64,000 nt of DNA from Deltaproteobacteria bacterium (GCA_021813445.1 JAKAKP010000147.1:1285-65284); one strand, 5' to 3'. Positions 38,935 to 49,297 are shown, counted from the stretch's first letter. Made by a program: numbers and translations. The notes: generated by a model not told the origin, from the sequence alone.

Positions 38935-39732
38935 GTGATCGGCAAAAGCATTCGCCTGGAGCGCATTTTGAACCGGGAAACCGGCCGCACCGTGATCGTG
39001 CCCATGGATCACGGGGTGACGGTGGGTCCCATCGAGGGCCTCATTGACATGAAGACCACCGTCAACCAGGTGGCCAGCGGCGGGGCCAACGCCATTATCA
39101 TTCACAAGGGCCTGGTGGAGGGCGGCCACCGCCGCCGGGGCAAGGACGTGGGGCTGATCGTCCACCTGTCCGGGTCCACGGCCCTGTCGCCCTTTCCCAA
39201 CGCCAAAACCCTGGTGTGCACGGTGGAAGAAGCCATCAAGATCGGCGCGGACGGGGTGTCCATCCACGTCAACATCGGCAACGGCACGGAACGGGAGATG
39301 CTGGCCGACCTGGGCTGGGTGGCCCGGGAGTGCCGGGAATGGGGCATGCCCCTGGTGGCCATGATGTATCCCCGGGGGGAGAAGATCAAGGACGAATACG
39401 ACGCGGGCGTGATCATGCACGTGGCCCGCTTGGGTGCAGAACTGGGCGCGGACATTGTCAAGGTCTCCTATACCGGCTCGGTGGAGTCTTTCCGCCGGGT
39501 GGTGCGGGGCTGCCCGGTGCCGGTGGTCATCGCCGGAGGGCCGAAGATGGACTCCGACCGGGATATCCTGGAGATGGTGAAAGGGGCTATCGAGGCCGGT
39601 GGTGCCGGCGTGTCCATCGGCCGCAACGTCTTCCAGCACCGGGACCCGAGCCGCATGGTGGGGGCCATCAGCCTCCTGGTGCATGAGAACAGCAGCGTGG
39701 ATGAGGCGCTGTCGTTTTTGCAGGCGGTGTAA
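38935..39732 (+). CDS. 2-amino-3,7-dideoxy-D-threo-hept-6-ulosonate synthase (AroA', class I aldolase)
   Basis: [24 protein letters not shown]; adjacent to DHQ synthase II. Confidence 0.92.
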   Translation: MIGKSIRLERILNRETGRTVIVPMDHGVTVGPIEGLIDMKTTVNQVASGGANAIIIHKGLVEGGHRRRGKDVGLIVHLSGSTALSPFPNAKTLVCTVEEAIKIGADGVSIHVNIGNGTEREMLADLGWVARECREWGMPLVAMMYPRGEKIKDEYDAGVIMHVARLGAELGADIVKVSYTGSVESFRRVVRGCPVPVVIAGGPKMDSDRDILEMVKGAIEAGGAGVSIGRNVFQHRDPSRMVGAISLLVHENSSVDEALSFLQAV

Positions 39733-39736
39733 TAAG

Positions 39737-40729
39737 ATGAAACAGCTATGGGTCAAAGTGGACCCCTGGGATAAGGAACTGGTCACCGCGGCGCTGGAGT
39801 CCGGCGCGGACGCGGTCTGGGTTCCCGAGGGCCGGGTGCAGGAGGTCAAGGCCCTGGGGTTGATCAAGGTGGTGGCCCCGGATGGGGACCTGGTCCCGGG
39901 GAAGGATGTCCAGGAGGTGGCCATCACCGGCATGGGCCAGGAAGAGGAGATCATCCGCCTCAGCCGCCAGGGTCCGGTGGTGGTCAGCACCCCGGACTGG
40001 ACCGTCATTCCCCTGGAGAACCTGATCGCCCAGGGCGGCAACCTCTGGGTGGAAACCGGGGACCCGGACGCGGCCCGCACTTTTTTGGGGGTGCTGGAGA
40101 AAGGCGTGGACGGGTTGTTGGTCACCAGCCGGGACCCGGGGGTGATCAAAAAGGTCGCCCGCCTGGTCAAAGAGTCCTCGCCCCCGGTGGAGCTGGTCAC
40201 GGCCAAAATCACCAAGGTGCGCGCCCTGGGGATGGGGGACCGGGTCTGCGTGGATACCTGCGCCAACATGGGGCTGGGGGAAGGCATGCTGGTGGGCAAC
40301 TCCTCCGGGGGGCTCTTCCTGGTGCACGCCGAATCCCTGGAGAATCCCTACGTGTCGCCCCGGCCCTTTAGGGTCAACGCCGGACCGGTGCATGCCTATA
40401 TCCGGGTGCCCGGGGGCAAGACCCGTTACCTGGGGGAACTGGCCGCGGGGGATGAGGTGCTCATTGTCAACCACCAGGGCCACACCTGGCCTGCAGTAGT
40501 GGGCCGGGTGAAGGTGGAGCGCCGGCCCCTGATGCTGGTGGCAGCAAGCGCTGCCGGCCAGGAGATCACCACCATCCTGCAAAACGCCGAGACCATCCGC
40601 CTGACGCGCCCCAACGGCGAGGCGGTATCCATCGTCACCCTGCAGCCTGGGGACGAAGTGTTGGTAGCCCTGGAAGCATCCGGCCGCCACTTCGGCCACA
40701 AGGTCCAGGAAACCATCCTGGAGAAATGA
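39737..40729 (+). CDS. 3-dehydroquinate synthase II (AroB')
   Basis: GMGDRVCVDT, RPFRVNAG, ILQNAETIRL, RHFG. Confidence 0.95.
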   Translation: MKQLWVKVDPWDKELVTAALESGADAVWVPEGRVQEVKALGLIKVVAPDGDLVPGKDVQEVAITGMGQEEEIIRLSRQGPVVVSTPDWTVIPLENLIAQGGNLWVETGDPDAARTFLGVLEKGVDGLLVTSRDPGVIKKVARLVKESSPPVELVTAKITKVRALGMGDRVCVDTCANMGLGEGMLVGNSSGGLFLVHAESLENPYVSPRPFRVNAGPVHAYIRVPGGKTRYLGELAAGDEVLIVNHQGHTWPAVVGRVKVERRPLMLVAASAAGQEITTILQNAETIRLTRPNGEAVSIVTLQPGDEVLVALEASGRHFGHKVQETILEK

Positions 40730-40732
40730 GCC

Positions 40733-41818
40733 ATGACGGAAAAAGAGGAATTGCGCCAGCAGATCGACGCCTTGGACCGGGAACTGGTCACCCTGCTCAA
40801 CCGCCGCCTGACCCTGGCCCAGGGCATCGGCCGCATCAAGAACCGTGAGGGCCAGCGCACCCTGGATTTCCAGCGGGAAGAAGGCGTCCTGGCGAACCTG
40901 ATGCGCCTCAACCCCGGCCCTTTGAGCCAGCAGGCGTTAAAAAATATCTTCCGGGAAATTATCTCCGCGGCCCGGCAGATCCAAAGTCCTCTAAGCGTGG
41001 CCTTCCTGGGGCCGGAGGCCACCTTCTCCCACCTGGCAACCCTGAAAAAATTCGGCAGTTCTACCCGTTTCGGGCCGCTGCTGAGCATCCATGAGGTCTT
41101 TACGGAAGTGGAGAAAGGGAATTACGATTACGGAGTGGTGCCCATCGAGAACTCCACGGAAGGGGTGGTGAACGACACCCTGGACCACTTTGCAGAGACC
41201 GGTCTAAAAATCTGCGGGGAAATCTTTTTGGAGGTCTCCCACGATCTGGTGTCCAAGTCCGGACAGAGGCAGGATATCGAAGTGATCTACTCCCACCCCC
41301 AGGCCTACGGCCAGTGCCGCCGCTGGCTGGCGGGGCATCTCCCGGAAGTCCCCAACATCGAGGTGGCCTCTACCGGCATAGCCGCGCAAAAGGCCGCTAA
41401 AAACCCCAATGCCGCGGCCATTGCCAGCGCCGCGGCCGCTTCCTTGTATGACCTGCGGGTGGTGGAGCGCAGGATAGAAGACCATCCGGGGAACGTCACC
41501 CACTTTTTCGTCATCGGCCCGGAATCCCCCGGCCCCACCGGCAGGGACAAGACCTCCATCATCTTCGCGGTGGACAACATCCCGGGGGCGCTATACAAAA
41601 CCCTGCAGCCCCTGGCCGAGCGGGGCCTCAATATGACCCGCATCGTCTCCCGGCCGGCCAAAAACGAGGCCTGGCGCTACCTCTTTTTTCTGGATCTCGA
41701 CGGCCACCAGGAAGACGCTCAGGTGCGGGAAGCCCTGGCCGAGATCGAAGCCCTGAGCGCCCATTTTCACCTCCTGGGCTCTTTCCCTCGGGCCGGAGGG
41801 GTGGAGAATCCCAGTTGA
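40733..41818 (+). CDS. pheA: Chorismate mutase/prephenate dehydratase
   Basis: CM domain, FLGPEATFSH, PIENSTEG, SHPQA, ACT domain. Confidence 0.95.
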   Translation: MTEKEELRQQIDALDRELVTLLNRRLTLAQGIGRIKNREGQRTLDFQREEGVLANLMRLNPGPLSQQALKNIFREIISAARQIQSPLSVAFLGPEATFSHLATLKKFGSSTRFGPLLSIHEVFTEVEKGNYDYGVVPIENSTEGVVNDTLDHFAETGLKICGEIFLEVSHDLVSKSGQRQDIEVIYSHPQAYGQCRRWLAGHLPEVPNIEVASTGIAAQKAAKNPNAAAIASAAAASLYDLRVVERRIEDHPGNVTHFFVIGPESPGPTGRDKTSIIFAVDNIPGALYKTLQPLAERGLNMTRIVSRPAKNEAWRYLFFLDLDGHQEDAQVREALAEIEALSAHFHLLGSFPRAGGVENPS

Positions 41819-41915
41819 AGACGTTTTTCTGCTTCCGGTTTTCTGTTTTCTGTTTTGATCCGATGTCTTGGCGTTTCAACTTTTCAACCCTGATCTTATG
41901 TCCGACAGGCCTGCT

Positions 41916-42635
41916 ATGATTCTTTCGAATGCAGAAAACAGAAAACAGAAAACAGAAAACAAGCCCCTCCGCATCTGTGTACCAGTAGTTGAAAGCAACG
42001 TCCACCGGGCCCGGAACCTTTATCTACGGAGCGCGCGCCGGGGTTTCTGGACGGAGCTGCGGTTGGATTACCTGGAGCAGCCGGATCTCAAGCGCCTTTT
42101 GCGCACCCGGCCCGGCAAGGTCATTGCCACCAACCGCCTGGCGAGCGAAGGGGGGCAGTGGCGGGGGGGCGAAGCCGACCGCCGTCTGATTTTGGAGGAG
42201 GCCCTGGCTCTGGGCGCGGACTGCCTGGACCTGGAACTGGCCGCGGACGCGGCCTGGCGGCGGGAACTCTGGAGCCGCCGGGGCGCGACGCAAATCATCC
42301 TCTCCTGGCATGATTTCTCCGGCACTCCCGGGGCTGACCGGCTGGACGGGGTGTTCCAGGAGATGCTGGCCGGGGAGGCCGATATTCTCAAGATCGTCAC
42401 CCAGGCCCGGGAGCCTGCGGACAATCTCCGGGTGCTCTCCCTCATTCCCCAGGCCAAAGCGGCGGGCCGGGAGATCATCGCCTTCTGCATGGGACCCCTG
42501 GGGAAATGGTCCCGGGTGGTGGCCCCGAATTTGGGGAGCTTCCTGACCTTCGCGCCCTTCAGCAAAAAAGGGGCGTCCGCGCCGGGGCAATTGACGGTGA
42601 ATGAGATCAGGCGGCTGTGGAAGATGTTGAAATGA
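41916..42635 (+). CDS. aroD: Type I 3-dehydroquinate dehydratase
   Basis: ELRLDYL, ILSWHDF, AFCMG, SAPGQ; start codon uncertain. Confidence 0.9.
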   Translation: MILSNAENRKQKTENKPLRICVPVVESNVHRARNLYLRSARRGFWTELRLDYLEQPDLKRLLRTRPGKVIATNRLASEGGQWRGGEADRRLILEEALALGADCLDLELAADAAWRRELWSRRGATQIILSWHDFSGTPGADRLDGVFQEMLAGEADILKIVTQAREPADNLRVLSLIPQAKAAGREIIAFCMGPLGKWSRVVAPNLGSFLTFAPFSKKGASAPGQLTVNEIRRLWKMLK

Positions 42636-42642
42636 AAAAATT

Positions 42643-43461
42643 ATGATCAACGGCCATACCAAAATCTACGGCATCCTGGGGCGGCCGGTGGCTCACTCCC
42701 TGAGCCCGGCCATGCACAACGCCGCGTTCGGCAAGCTGGGCATCAACGCGGTGTATGTGCCTTTTCCGGTGACCGATCTGCCCCAGGCGGTGGCGGGCCT
42801 CCGGGGCCTGGCCATCGGGGGGGTGAGCGTCACCATCCCCTTCAAAGAAGAAATCATGCCCCTGCTGGACGAAATAGACCCCCTGGCGGCCCGCATGGGC
42901 GCGGTGAACACCGCGGTCAACCGGGACGGCCGGCTGAGCGGCTACAACACCGACTGGCTGGGCGCGGTCACCGCACTCAAGGCACAAACTGCCATTGCCG
43001 GGGAGCATGTTCTTCTTTTGGGGGCCGGAGGCGCGGCCCGGGCCATTGCCTTCGGCATCCTGGAAAACGGGGGCAAGGTCACCATCACCGACATGGACGC
43101 GCCCCGGGCCGAGACCCTGGCCCGGGAACTGGCCGTGGAGGCCGTACCTTTAAAGGCCCTGGAGCAGTGTCCCGCGTCCATCCTGATTAACGCCACGCCC
43201 GTGGGCATGGCCCCGGACCTGCACGGCCTGCCCGTGGAACCCGAATTGCTGCACCGCTTCACCCTGGTGATGGACATCGTCTACCGGCCGCTGCTAACCC
43301 GGCTGCTGCGGGAGGCCCAGGCCCGGGGCTGCCGCATCATCGACGGCCTGCAGATGCTCATCCACCAGGCCACGGCCCAGTTTGAGCTCTGGACCGGCCG
43401 GAGCGCGCCCCTGGACACCATGTCCCGGGCCGCGTACGCAGCCCTGGAGGAGGAGGGGTGA
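42643..43461 (+). CDS. aroE: Shikimate dehydrogenase
   Basis: HSLSPAMHN, VTIPFK, GAVNT, GAGGAA, NATPVGM. Confidence 0.96.
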   Translation: MINGHTKIYGILGRPVAHSLSPAMHNAAFGKLGINAVYVPFPVTDLPQAVAGLRGLAIGGVSVTIPFKEEIMPLLDEIDPLAARMGAVNTAVNRDGRLSGYNTDWLGAVTALKAQTAIAGEHVLLLGAGGAARAIAFGILENGGKVTITDMDAPRAETLARELAVEAVPLKALEQCPASILINATPVGMAPDLHGLPVEPELLHRFTLVMDIVYRPLLTRLLREAQARGCRIIDGLQMLIHQATAQFELWTGRSAPLDTMSRAAYAALEEEG

Positions 43462-43596
43462 AAGGATTTTGGGGGAGAGGGCCAAGGGCCGCGGGCCCTT
43501 GCCCTCTCCCCCAAACCCCCTCTCCCAATCCCATATATGTTTTGAGTGGCTGCGCCATACGTCCTGGATTATTGATGGCTTGCAGGGCTATTCCTG

Positions 43597-44226
43597 ATGA
43601 CTTACTTTAAAACAGTTCTTCATGGGCCATCGGCCCACCCGCAAAGCATAAAAAGAATCGTAGGGGCGGGCGTCTCGCCCGCCCTGATAATCCGCACAGG
43701 CTGGAAAGCCTGTGCTACCGCTCAGGAACTTTTCGGAGAAGAGGAATCGAGTCTAGTCATCACCCGGGCCGCGCCTGCGGACGCCCAGGAGATCCTGGAC
43801 CTGCAGAAGCTGGCTTATCAAAGCGAGGCGGCCATTTACCAGGACTATACGATTCCGCCCCTGACGCAGACGCTGCCGGAAATCGAACTCGAACTGCAAA
43901 CCCAGGTCTTCCTCAAGGCCGTGGCCGCAGGCCGGATCGTGGGCTCGGTGCGGGGGTATCTCCAGGACGGGACCGGTTTCATCGCCCGGCTGATCGTCCA
44001 CCCGGCGTATCAAAACCAGGGGCTGGGCCAGGAATTGATGGGAGCCATCGAGGGCTGCTTCCCCCAGGCCGGACGGTTTGCATTGTTCACCGGCCACCTC
44101 AGTGAGCGCAATCTCTATCTTTATCAGAAATTGGGCTACCAGCGGGTGGGAGCAGAGCCGGTTTCAGAGAAACTGACTATGATCTTTCTGGAGAAGAGAG
44201 TTCCAATTAATTGCGGCCAGTCATAA
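43597..44226 (+). CDS. GNAT acetyltransferase (N-terminus built from repeat DNA; true start uncertain)
   Basis: LQKLAYQSEA, VHPAYQNQGLG, LYQKLGY. Confidence 0.75.
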   Translation: MTYFKTVLHGPSAHPQSIKRIVGAGVSPALIIRTGWKACATAQELFGEEESSLVITRAAPADAQEILDLQKLAYQSEAAIYQDYTIPPLTQTLPEIELELQTQVFLKAVAAGRIVGSVRGYLQDGTGFIARLIVHPAYQNQGLGQELMGAIEGCFPQAGRFALFTGHLSERNLYLYQKLGYQRVGAEPVSEKLTMIFLEKRVPINCGQS

Positions 44227-44314
44227 TATGCTGGCAGGTGGATTTCGGGGATTATAAGGCTCTTAGATAATCCCCCCAGCTCCCCTTTAGAAAAGGGGGG
44301 AAAAATTTTATTTT

Positions 44315-44436
44315 ATACCAAGTCATAATCAAACGGATATTTTTTCGTAGGGGCGAATCTTGTATTCCCCCTGCCTCGTTGGGCGAACACAAGGTTCGCC
44401 CCTACAATTTGTTGCCTTTTGATTGCGACTAGGTAT
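44315..44436. repeat. MITE-like element A containing a REP doublet
   Basis: Terminal IRs ATACCAAGTCATAATCAAA / TTTGATTGCGACTAGGTAT; internal GTAGGGGCGAA...TTCGCCCCTAC; partial inverted copy at 52294-52357. Confidence 0.75.
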
Positions 44437-44460
44437 GAGAACGTGCACACTTGAAGGAAA

Positions 44461-45726
44461 ATGCCCCAGAAAATCAAACCCACTGACAAGATTCAGGCCA
44501 CCCTCACCCTGCCCGGCTCCAAGAGCTACACCCACCGGGCCCTGGTGGCCGCGGCTTTGGCTGCGGGGGAGAGCCTTCTCACCAACGCCCTGGATGCCGA
44601 AGACACCCGGTACACCGCCCAGGCCCTGGCGCAGATGGGGGCCGGCATCGACTGGCGGCAAGAGGGGGTGCGGGTGCAGGGGACCGGGGGCCGCTGGCAG
44701 CCGGTGACGGGCCCCATTTACCTGGGCAACTCCGGCACCTCCATGCGTTTCCTCACCGCGCTGGCGGCCCTGGGCCAGGGCGAATACCGCCTTACCGGCA
44801 GCCCCCGGCTCTGTGAGCGGCCCCAGAGCGAGTTGCTGGCGGCCCTGGCCCAATTGGGAGCAACAGCCGTTTCCGAAAGGGGGGACGGCTGCCCCCCGGT
44901 GCTGGTGCAAGGGGGACTCCAGGGCGGCAAGGCCCGGCTCTCCGGGTCCATCAGCAGCCAGTATCTTTCGGCCCTCCTGTTCATTGCCCCCCTGGCCCCC
45001 CAGGGGGTGGAAATCGAGATCACCGGGGACCTTGTCTCCCGGCCTTATGTGGACCTGACCCTGGACGTCCTGGGGGATTTCGGTATTTCCTACTACCGGG
45101 AAAGCTACCGCTATTTCCAGGTTCCCGGGGGGCAGTGCTACCTGCCCCAGGATTACGCCATCGAGGCGGACGCGTCCAGCGCCTCCTATTTTTGGGCTGC
45201 GGCTGCGCTCACCCGGGGCCGGGTGACCATTACCAACCTGACGCCGGATTCCTGCCAGGGGGACGTGGGTTTCGTGAAGGTTTTGGAGCGCCTGGGCTGC
45301 CGGGTCGACTCCGGCGCCGAGGGCCTCACGGTGGCAGGCGGACCTCTTAAGGGCCTGGCAGTGGACATGGCCGCCATGCCGGACCTGGTCCCCACCCTGG
45401 CGGTGGTGGCCGCGTTCGCTGAAGGGGAGACGGTGATCACCGGTGCGGCCCACCTGCGCCACAAGGAATCGGACCGCCTGGCCGCAGTGGCTGCCGAGCT
45501 GGGCAAGATGGGGATAAAGGTCCGGGAGACCGCGGACGGCCTGGTCATTACCGGCGGGCAACCCCAGGGCGCGGAGATCGACACCTACCAGGACCACCGC
45601 ATCGCCATGAGTTTCGCGGTGGCCGGACTCAGGGCTCCGGGCACGGCCATCCGGGACCCGGACTGCGTGGCCAAGTCTTTTCCCGAATTCTGGGATTTTT
45701 TTGCTAAACTCCGGGAAGATGACTGA
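44461..45726 (+). CDS. aroA: EPSP synthase
   Basis: PGSKS, GNSGTSMRF, SSQYLS, LRHKESDR, DHRIAM. Confidence 0.97.
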   Translation: MPQKIKPTDKIQATLTLPGSKSYTHRALVAAALAAGESLLTNALDAEDTRYTAQALAQMGAGIDWRQEGVRVQGTGGRWQPVTGPIYLGNSGTSMRFLTALAALGQGEYRLTGSPRLCERPQSELLAALAQLGATAVSERGDGCPPVLVQGGLQGGKARLSGSISSQYLSALLFIAPLAPQGVEIEITGDLVSRPYVDLTLDVLGDFGISYYRESYRYFQVPGGQCYLPQDYAIEADASSASYFWAAAALTRGRVTITNLTPDSCQGDVGFVKVLERLGCRVDSGAEGLTVAGGPLKGLAVDMAAMPDLVPTLAVVAAFAEGETVITGAAHLRHKESDRLAAVAAELGKMGIKVRETADGLVITGGQPQGAEIDTYQDHRIAMSFAVAGLRAPGTAIRDPDCVAKSFPEFWDFFAKLREDD

Positions 45727-45858
45727 TACCAATTCATATTGCCATGCAACAAACCGGCAGAATCAGCGGCGTTCATCTGCGTTTATCGGCGGTTAAATAT
45801 TAGCCGCCGATGCATGCCGGTCTTTAGGATTTGTTGCCTGCAAAAGCGAACATAGTAT
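45726..45858. repeat. MITE-like element B
   Basis: Begins ATACCAATTC; inverted near-copy at about 52555-52697. Confidence 0.75.
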
Positions 45859-45884
45859 GATCCGGCAGCGGCAGGGATAACGCC

Positions 45885-46484
45885 TTGGAACACATTCCCC
45901 AATTTATCTCCCAGTACGGCTACCTGGGGATTTTTGCCTTGTTGATGGTGGGGATCTTGGGCCTGCCCGTGCCCGATGAATTGATCCTCACCTTTGCCGG
46001 GTACATGGTTTTCAAGGGCTACCTGCACCCGGTGCCCACCGCGGGAGCCGCCATTCTCGGCACCTTCTGCGGCATTACGGTGAGCTATGGCCTGGGGCGG
46101 TCCCTGGGTTTCTTTCTCCTTCAGAAATATGGGCCTTTCCTCCGTATCTCCCCGGAAAAACTGGCCCGGGTGGAGGCCTGGTTTCAACGCGTGGGCAAGT
46201 GGGCCATATTCTTTGGATATTTTATCGTGGGGGTGCGCCACCTGATGGCGCTGGTGGCCGGCTCCTCCCGGTTAAACTTCCGGGTCTTCGCCCTGTTTGC
46301 CTACCCCGGAGGCACCTTATGGGCCCTGTCTTTTATCTGCCTGGGCTATTATCTCGGGGAAGAGCTGCCCAAGGTCACCCCCAAGATGTACCCCTATCTT
46401 CTCATCCTCAGTGGCGTAGCCCTGCTGGTCATCTCCGGGGTCTTCCTGCTGAAATATTTTAAGGACCGCAGGTTGGCCTCCTGA
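45885..46484 (+). CDS. DedA family membrane protein
   Basis: GLPVPDE, SYGLGR, FIVGVRH motifs. Confidence 0.92.
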   Translation: MEHIPQFISQYGYLGIFALLMVGILGLPVPDELILTFAGYMVFKGYLHPVPTAGAAILGTFCGITVSYGLGRSLGFFLLQKYGPFLRISPEKLARVEAWFQRVGKWAIFFGYFIVGVRHLMALVAGSSRLNFRVFALFAYPGGTLWALSFICLGYYLGEELPKVTPKMYPYLLILSGVALLVISGVFLLKYFKDRRLAS

Positions 46485-46499
46485 GATATCTGTGTTATC

Positions 46500-47777
46500 G
46501 TGGGCCCATCACTAGTATTTGTGTCGAGAACCTTGGAAACCCGAGCCCTCTTCGTCCTGACTGCGCTTAATGTCCTGCTTTATGTCGACCGGTATCTCAT
46601 CGCGGCGTTGGGCAGCCTGGTTAAGGGAGAGCTGGGTCTGAGCGACCAGGCTTTCGGATTATTGGGCACCGCCTTTTTCCTGGTCTATTTCCTTACTTCC
46701 CCCCTGTTCGGTTACCTCGGGGACCGCTTCGGCTTTATCCGTCTCATGGCCGTTGGCGCAGTGCTCTGGAGCCTGGCCACCAGCCTCACTTACTGGGTGG
46801 TCTCTTACCCGGCAATGCTAGTGGCCCGGAGTTTGGTGGGAGTGGGGGAAGCTTCCTTCGGCACCCTGGCCCCTGCTTACATGGCGGATCTCCTCCCCTT
46901 GAACCGGCGCTCCCGGGCCCTGGGTATTTTTTATCTGGCGATACCGGTGGGCTCCGCCCTGGCTTATCTGGTGGGAGGGCTGGTAGGGGGCAAATGGGGC
47001 TGGCGTCCGGCCTTTCTCCTGGCCGGGTTCCCGGGTATGCTGCTGGCTCTACTGGTATTGCGGCTGCCCTCAATGGAATTAGGGAAAATTGCGAGGCCGG
47101 CGGGCGAATCCCAGACCCATCCCCTCCCCCGCGGTCATCTGGCCTCTCTCTGGGACGGCGCCCGGGCTCTCTGGCGCCTGCCCACCTTTCGGCTGGTGAC
47201 CCTGGGCTACGGCATGGTCACCTTTACCTTGGGGGGCCTGGCTTTCTGGATGCCCCGCTATCTGGAGGCGGCCAAAGGACTGGACATGGCCCAGGCCAAT
47301 TATCTGCTTTTCGGGACGGTAACCGTGGCCGGGGGCCTGGGTACCCTGGCCGGGGGATTTCTGGGGGACCGCCTCCTCAAATACACTCTCAAAGGGCCTC
47401 TCCTGGTGAGCGGGGTGGGGGTAGCCCTGTCCCTGCCCCTGGCCGCGCTGGCTATTTTTGCCAGAAATCCGCTTCTTTATGTCCCGGGGTTGGTGGGCGC
47501 CATTTTCCTGCTCTTTCTCAATCCCGGAGTACTCACCGCAGTGGTGGTCAGCGTGGCCGGACCCCAGCGCCGGGCCCAGGCCGTGGCCTTGAATATTGTG
47601 GTCATCCATCTCATCGGGGATGTGCCCTCCCCTTTCCTCATCGGCTGGCTCGCGGACATTTGGAACCTGCAATGGGGGGTATCCTTGACCCTGGTGGCCC
47701 TCCTGGGCGGAGCCGTCCTGATCCTCGCGGCTATGCCTTATTTGTCCCGGGACCTGGCCGCAGCCGGGGAACTTTAA
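46500..47777 (+). CDS. MFS transporter (spinster-like)
   Basis: YVDR, GYLGDRFG, RSLVGVGEA; multi-TM pattern. Confidence 0.9.
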   Translation: MGPSLVFVSRTLETRALFVLTALNVLLYVDRYLIAALGSLVKGELGLSDQAFGLLGTAFFLVYFLTSPLFGYLGDRFGFIRLMAVGAVLWSLATSLTYWVVSYPAMLVARSLVGVGEASFGTLAPAYMADLLPLNRRSRALGIFYLAIPVGSALAYLVGGLVGGKWGWRPAFLLAGFPGMLLALLVLRLPSMELGKIARPAGESQTHPLPRGHLASLWDGARALWRLPTFRLVTLGYGMVTFTLGGLAFWMPRYLEAAKGLDMAQANYLLFGTVTVAGGLGTLAGGFLGDRLLKYTLKGPLLVSGVGVALSLPLAALAIFARNPLLYVPGLVGAIFLLFLNPGVLTAVVVSVAGPQRRAQAVALNIVVIHLIGDVPSPFLIGWLADIWNLQWGVSLTLVALLGGAVLILAAMPYLSRDLAAAGEL

Positions 47778-47812
47778 AGACGGTTTTCAGTTTTTAGTTT
47801 TCAGCAAAAAGA

Positions 47813-47852
<40 letters not shown>

Positions 47853-47876
47853 TCTCCTGTTGAGGTGTTTTCGCGG

Positions 47877-47905
47877 TTGACTAATCGTGAGTAAGCAAGT
47901 ATACT
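47877..47905 (+). promoter_or_regulatory. Sigma70 promoter of tRNA-Met
   Basis: TTGACT-17 bp-TATACT. Confidence 0.8.
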
Positions 47906-47916
47906 AAAAAAGTTGA

Positions 47917-47993
47917 CGCGGGGTGGAGCAGCCTGGAAGCTCGTCGGGCTCATAACCCGAAGGTCGTGGGTTCAAATCCCACCCCCGCTACCA
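47917..47993 (+). tRNA. tRNA-Met(CAT), initiator type; attL
   Basis: 77 nt cloverleaf, unpaired C1, anticodon stem TCGGG/CCCGA, CCA end. Confidence 0.97.
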
Positions 47994-48072
47994 AGCTTGA
48001 AAGCACCAGGTGCGAACTGGTGCTCTCTTAGGGCCTGCCCTGCAGCCTGAAAAGTTAGGGCAGGCCCGTTTT

Positions 48073-48957
48073 TTAGGGAACGACCCTCATCAAACTCTGC
48101 CGACCTAAAACCAATTCGATAATTTTCTCTCCGTCAGGCTTCACCTCCTCCAGATACGAAGCGTATTCAAGAAAGAGCTGATCTGGGCGCGAGTGACCCA
48201 TGGTTTTGGCAACCCATAGGGGATCTTCGCCCGCCGCAATCGAAAGGGAAGCGAAAGTATGCCGAGTAGCGTATAGAGGACGTGGGTCAATATCGAATGC
48301 CCCAAGAATGGCTTTCCAGGCCTTGCGTAGCGCCTGCCTGCTGATGATCCCGCCCTTAGGGTGCGCACTGTAGAAGAACCAGGGCGAGTCCAGTTCGTTC
48401 GCCTGGCGCCGCCGCTGGTAGACTTCCCAGATCGGCCTGAGCAGGGGGACGTCTCTTTCTCCCGCCTTGGTTTTGGTGGTAACCATCTGCCCACAGCTAT
48501 TTGCCCTCCTGATCGAGACTCGCCGCTTCACCAGGTCAAAGTCATCGAAGCGCAGTCCCAGTGCCTCACCGGTTCGAACCCCCGTAAGTATTGCGAATTG
48601 GAAGTAATCCCTGTAGGGGAAGGGAGCGTAGGCCATTATTAGCCGGGCTTCTTCCGGAGACAAGGGCTTAATTTTGGATCCACGCCAGCGAAACCGCGGG
48701 ATCTCGTAGAGGGTCCCGTTCCAGATTTCGCGCCGACGCGCCCAACTCACAAATGACCTGATGGCCGAGATGATGTTGTTCTTTCGCTTTCCCGAGATGG
48801 CCAGCGCCGCCAGGTACTCTTCAAGACCCAGGTTCAGGTCCTCGAAGTTCTCAAAATGAGAGATGTGGTGCTTGAGGATGGACCGATAGTCAAGGTAGGT
48901 GGACGGTTTCAGCCGCCCCTGATAGGTGCGTAGGAACTGGTCAATAATTCCGTTCAT
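48073..48957 (-). CDS. Tyrosine recombinase/integrase
   Basis: TGVRTGEALGL, TKTK, YATRHTFAS, MGHS...Y catalytic motifs. Confidence 0.95.
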   Translation of the reverse strand: MNGIIDQFLRTYQGRLKPSTYLDYRSILKHHISHFENFEDLNLGLEEYLAALAISGKRKNNIISAIRSFVSWARRREIWNGTLYEIPRFRWRGSKIKPLSPEEARLIMAYAPFPYRDYFQFAILTGVRTGEALGLRFDDFDLVKRRVSIRRANSCGQMVTTKTKAGERDVPLLRPIWEVYQRRRQANELDSPWFFYSAHPKGGIISRQALRKAWKAILGAFDIDPRPLYATRHTFASLSIAAGEDPLWVAKTMGHSRPDQLFLEYASYLEEVKPDGEKIIELVLGRQSLMRVVP

Positions 48958-49210
48958 CCCTGGCCCCCTGAGGGATGCCCCAGGCCTGGGCCATCTTGGG
49001 GGACCGCCCAGGCCCAGGGGTTGAGGTTGAAAAGCTTAGCAGGCCTTTCTCCTCGTTCCAACTAATGCAGGTTTTGTTATTGCAATGTCAAGTAAAAAAG
49101 ATTCGTAGTCGCTTCGCTCTGCTATTGATATGCGAGCCTCAATGTGGTTGAAGTAGCGATGTTTGTTAATCGAAAGGCATATAAATAAAAAGGAATAATT
49201 TTACCATCTT

Positions 49211-49297
49211 TCGGGGCGGCATCTGATAATGCAGCATTATGTTAAGACCAGCCTTCAGCAGGTTAACATAATGCGACATTATCAGACGCCGCCCCGA
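49211..49297. repeat. 35 bp inverted repeat made of two dif-like sites
   Basis: TCTGATAA-N7-TTATGTTAA in both arms; 17 nt spacer. Confidence 0.85.
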
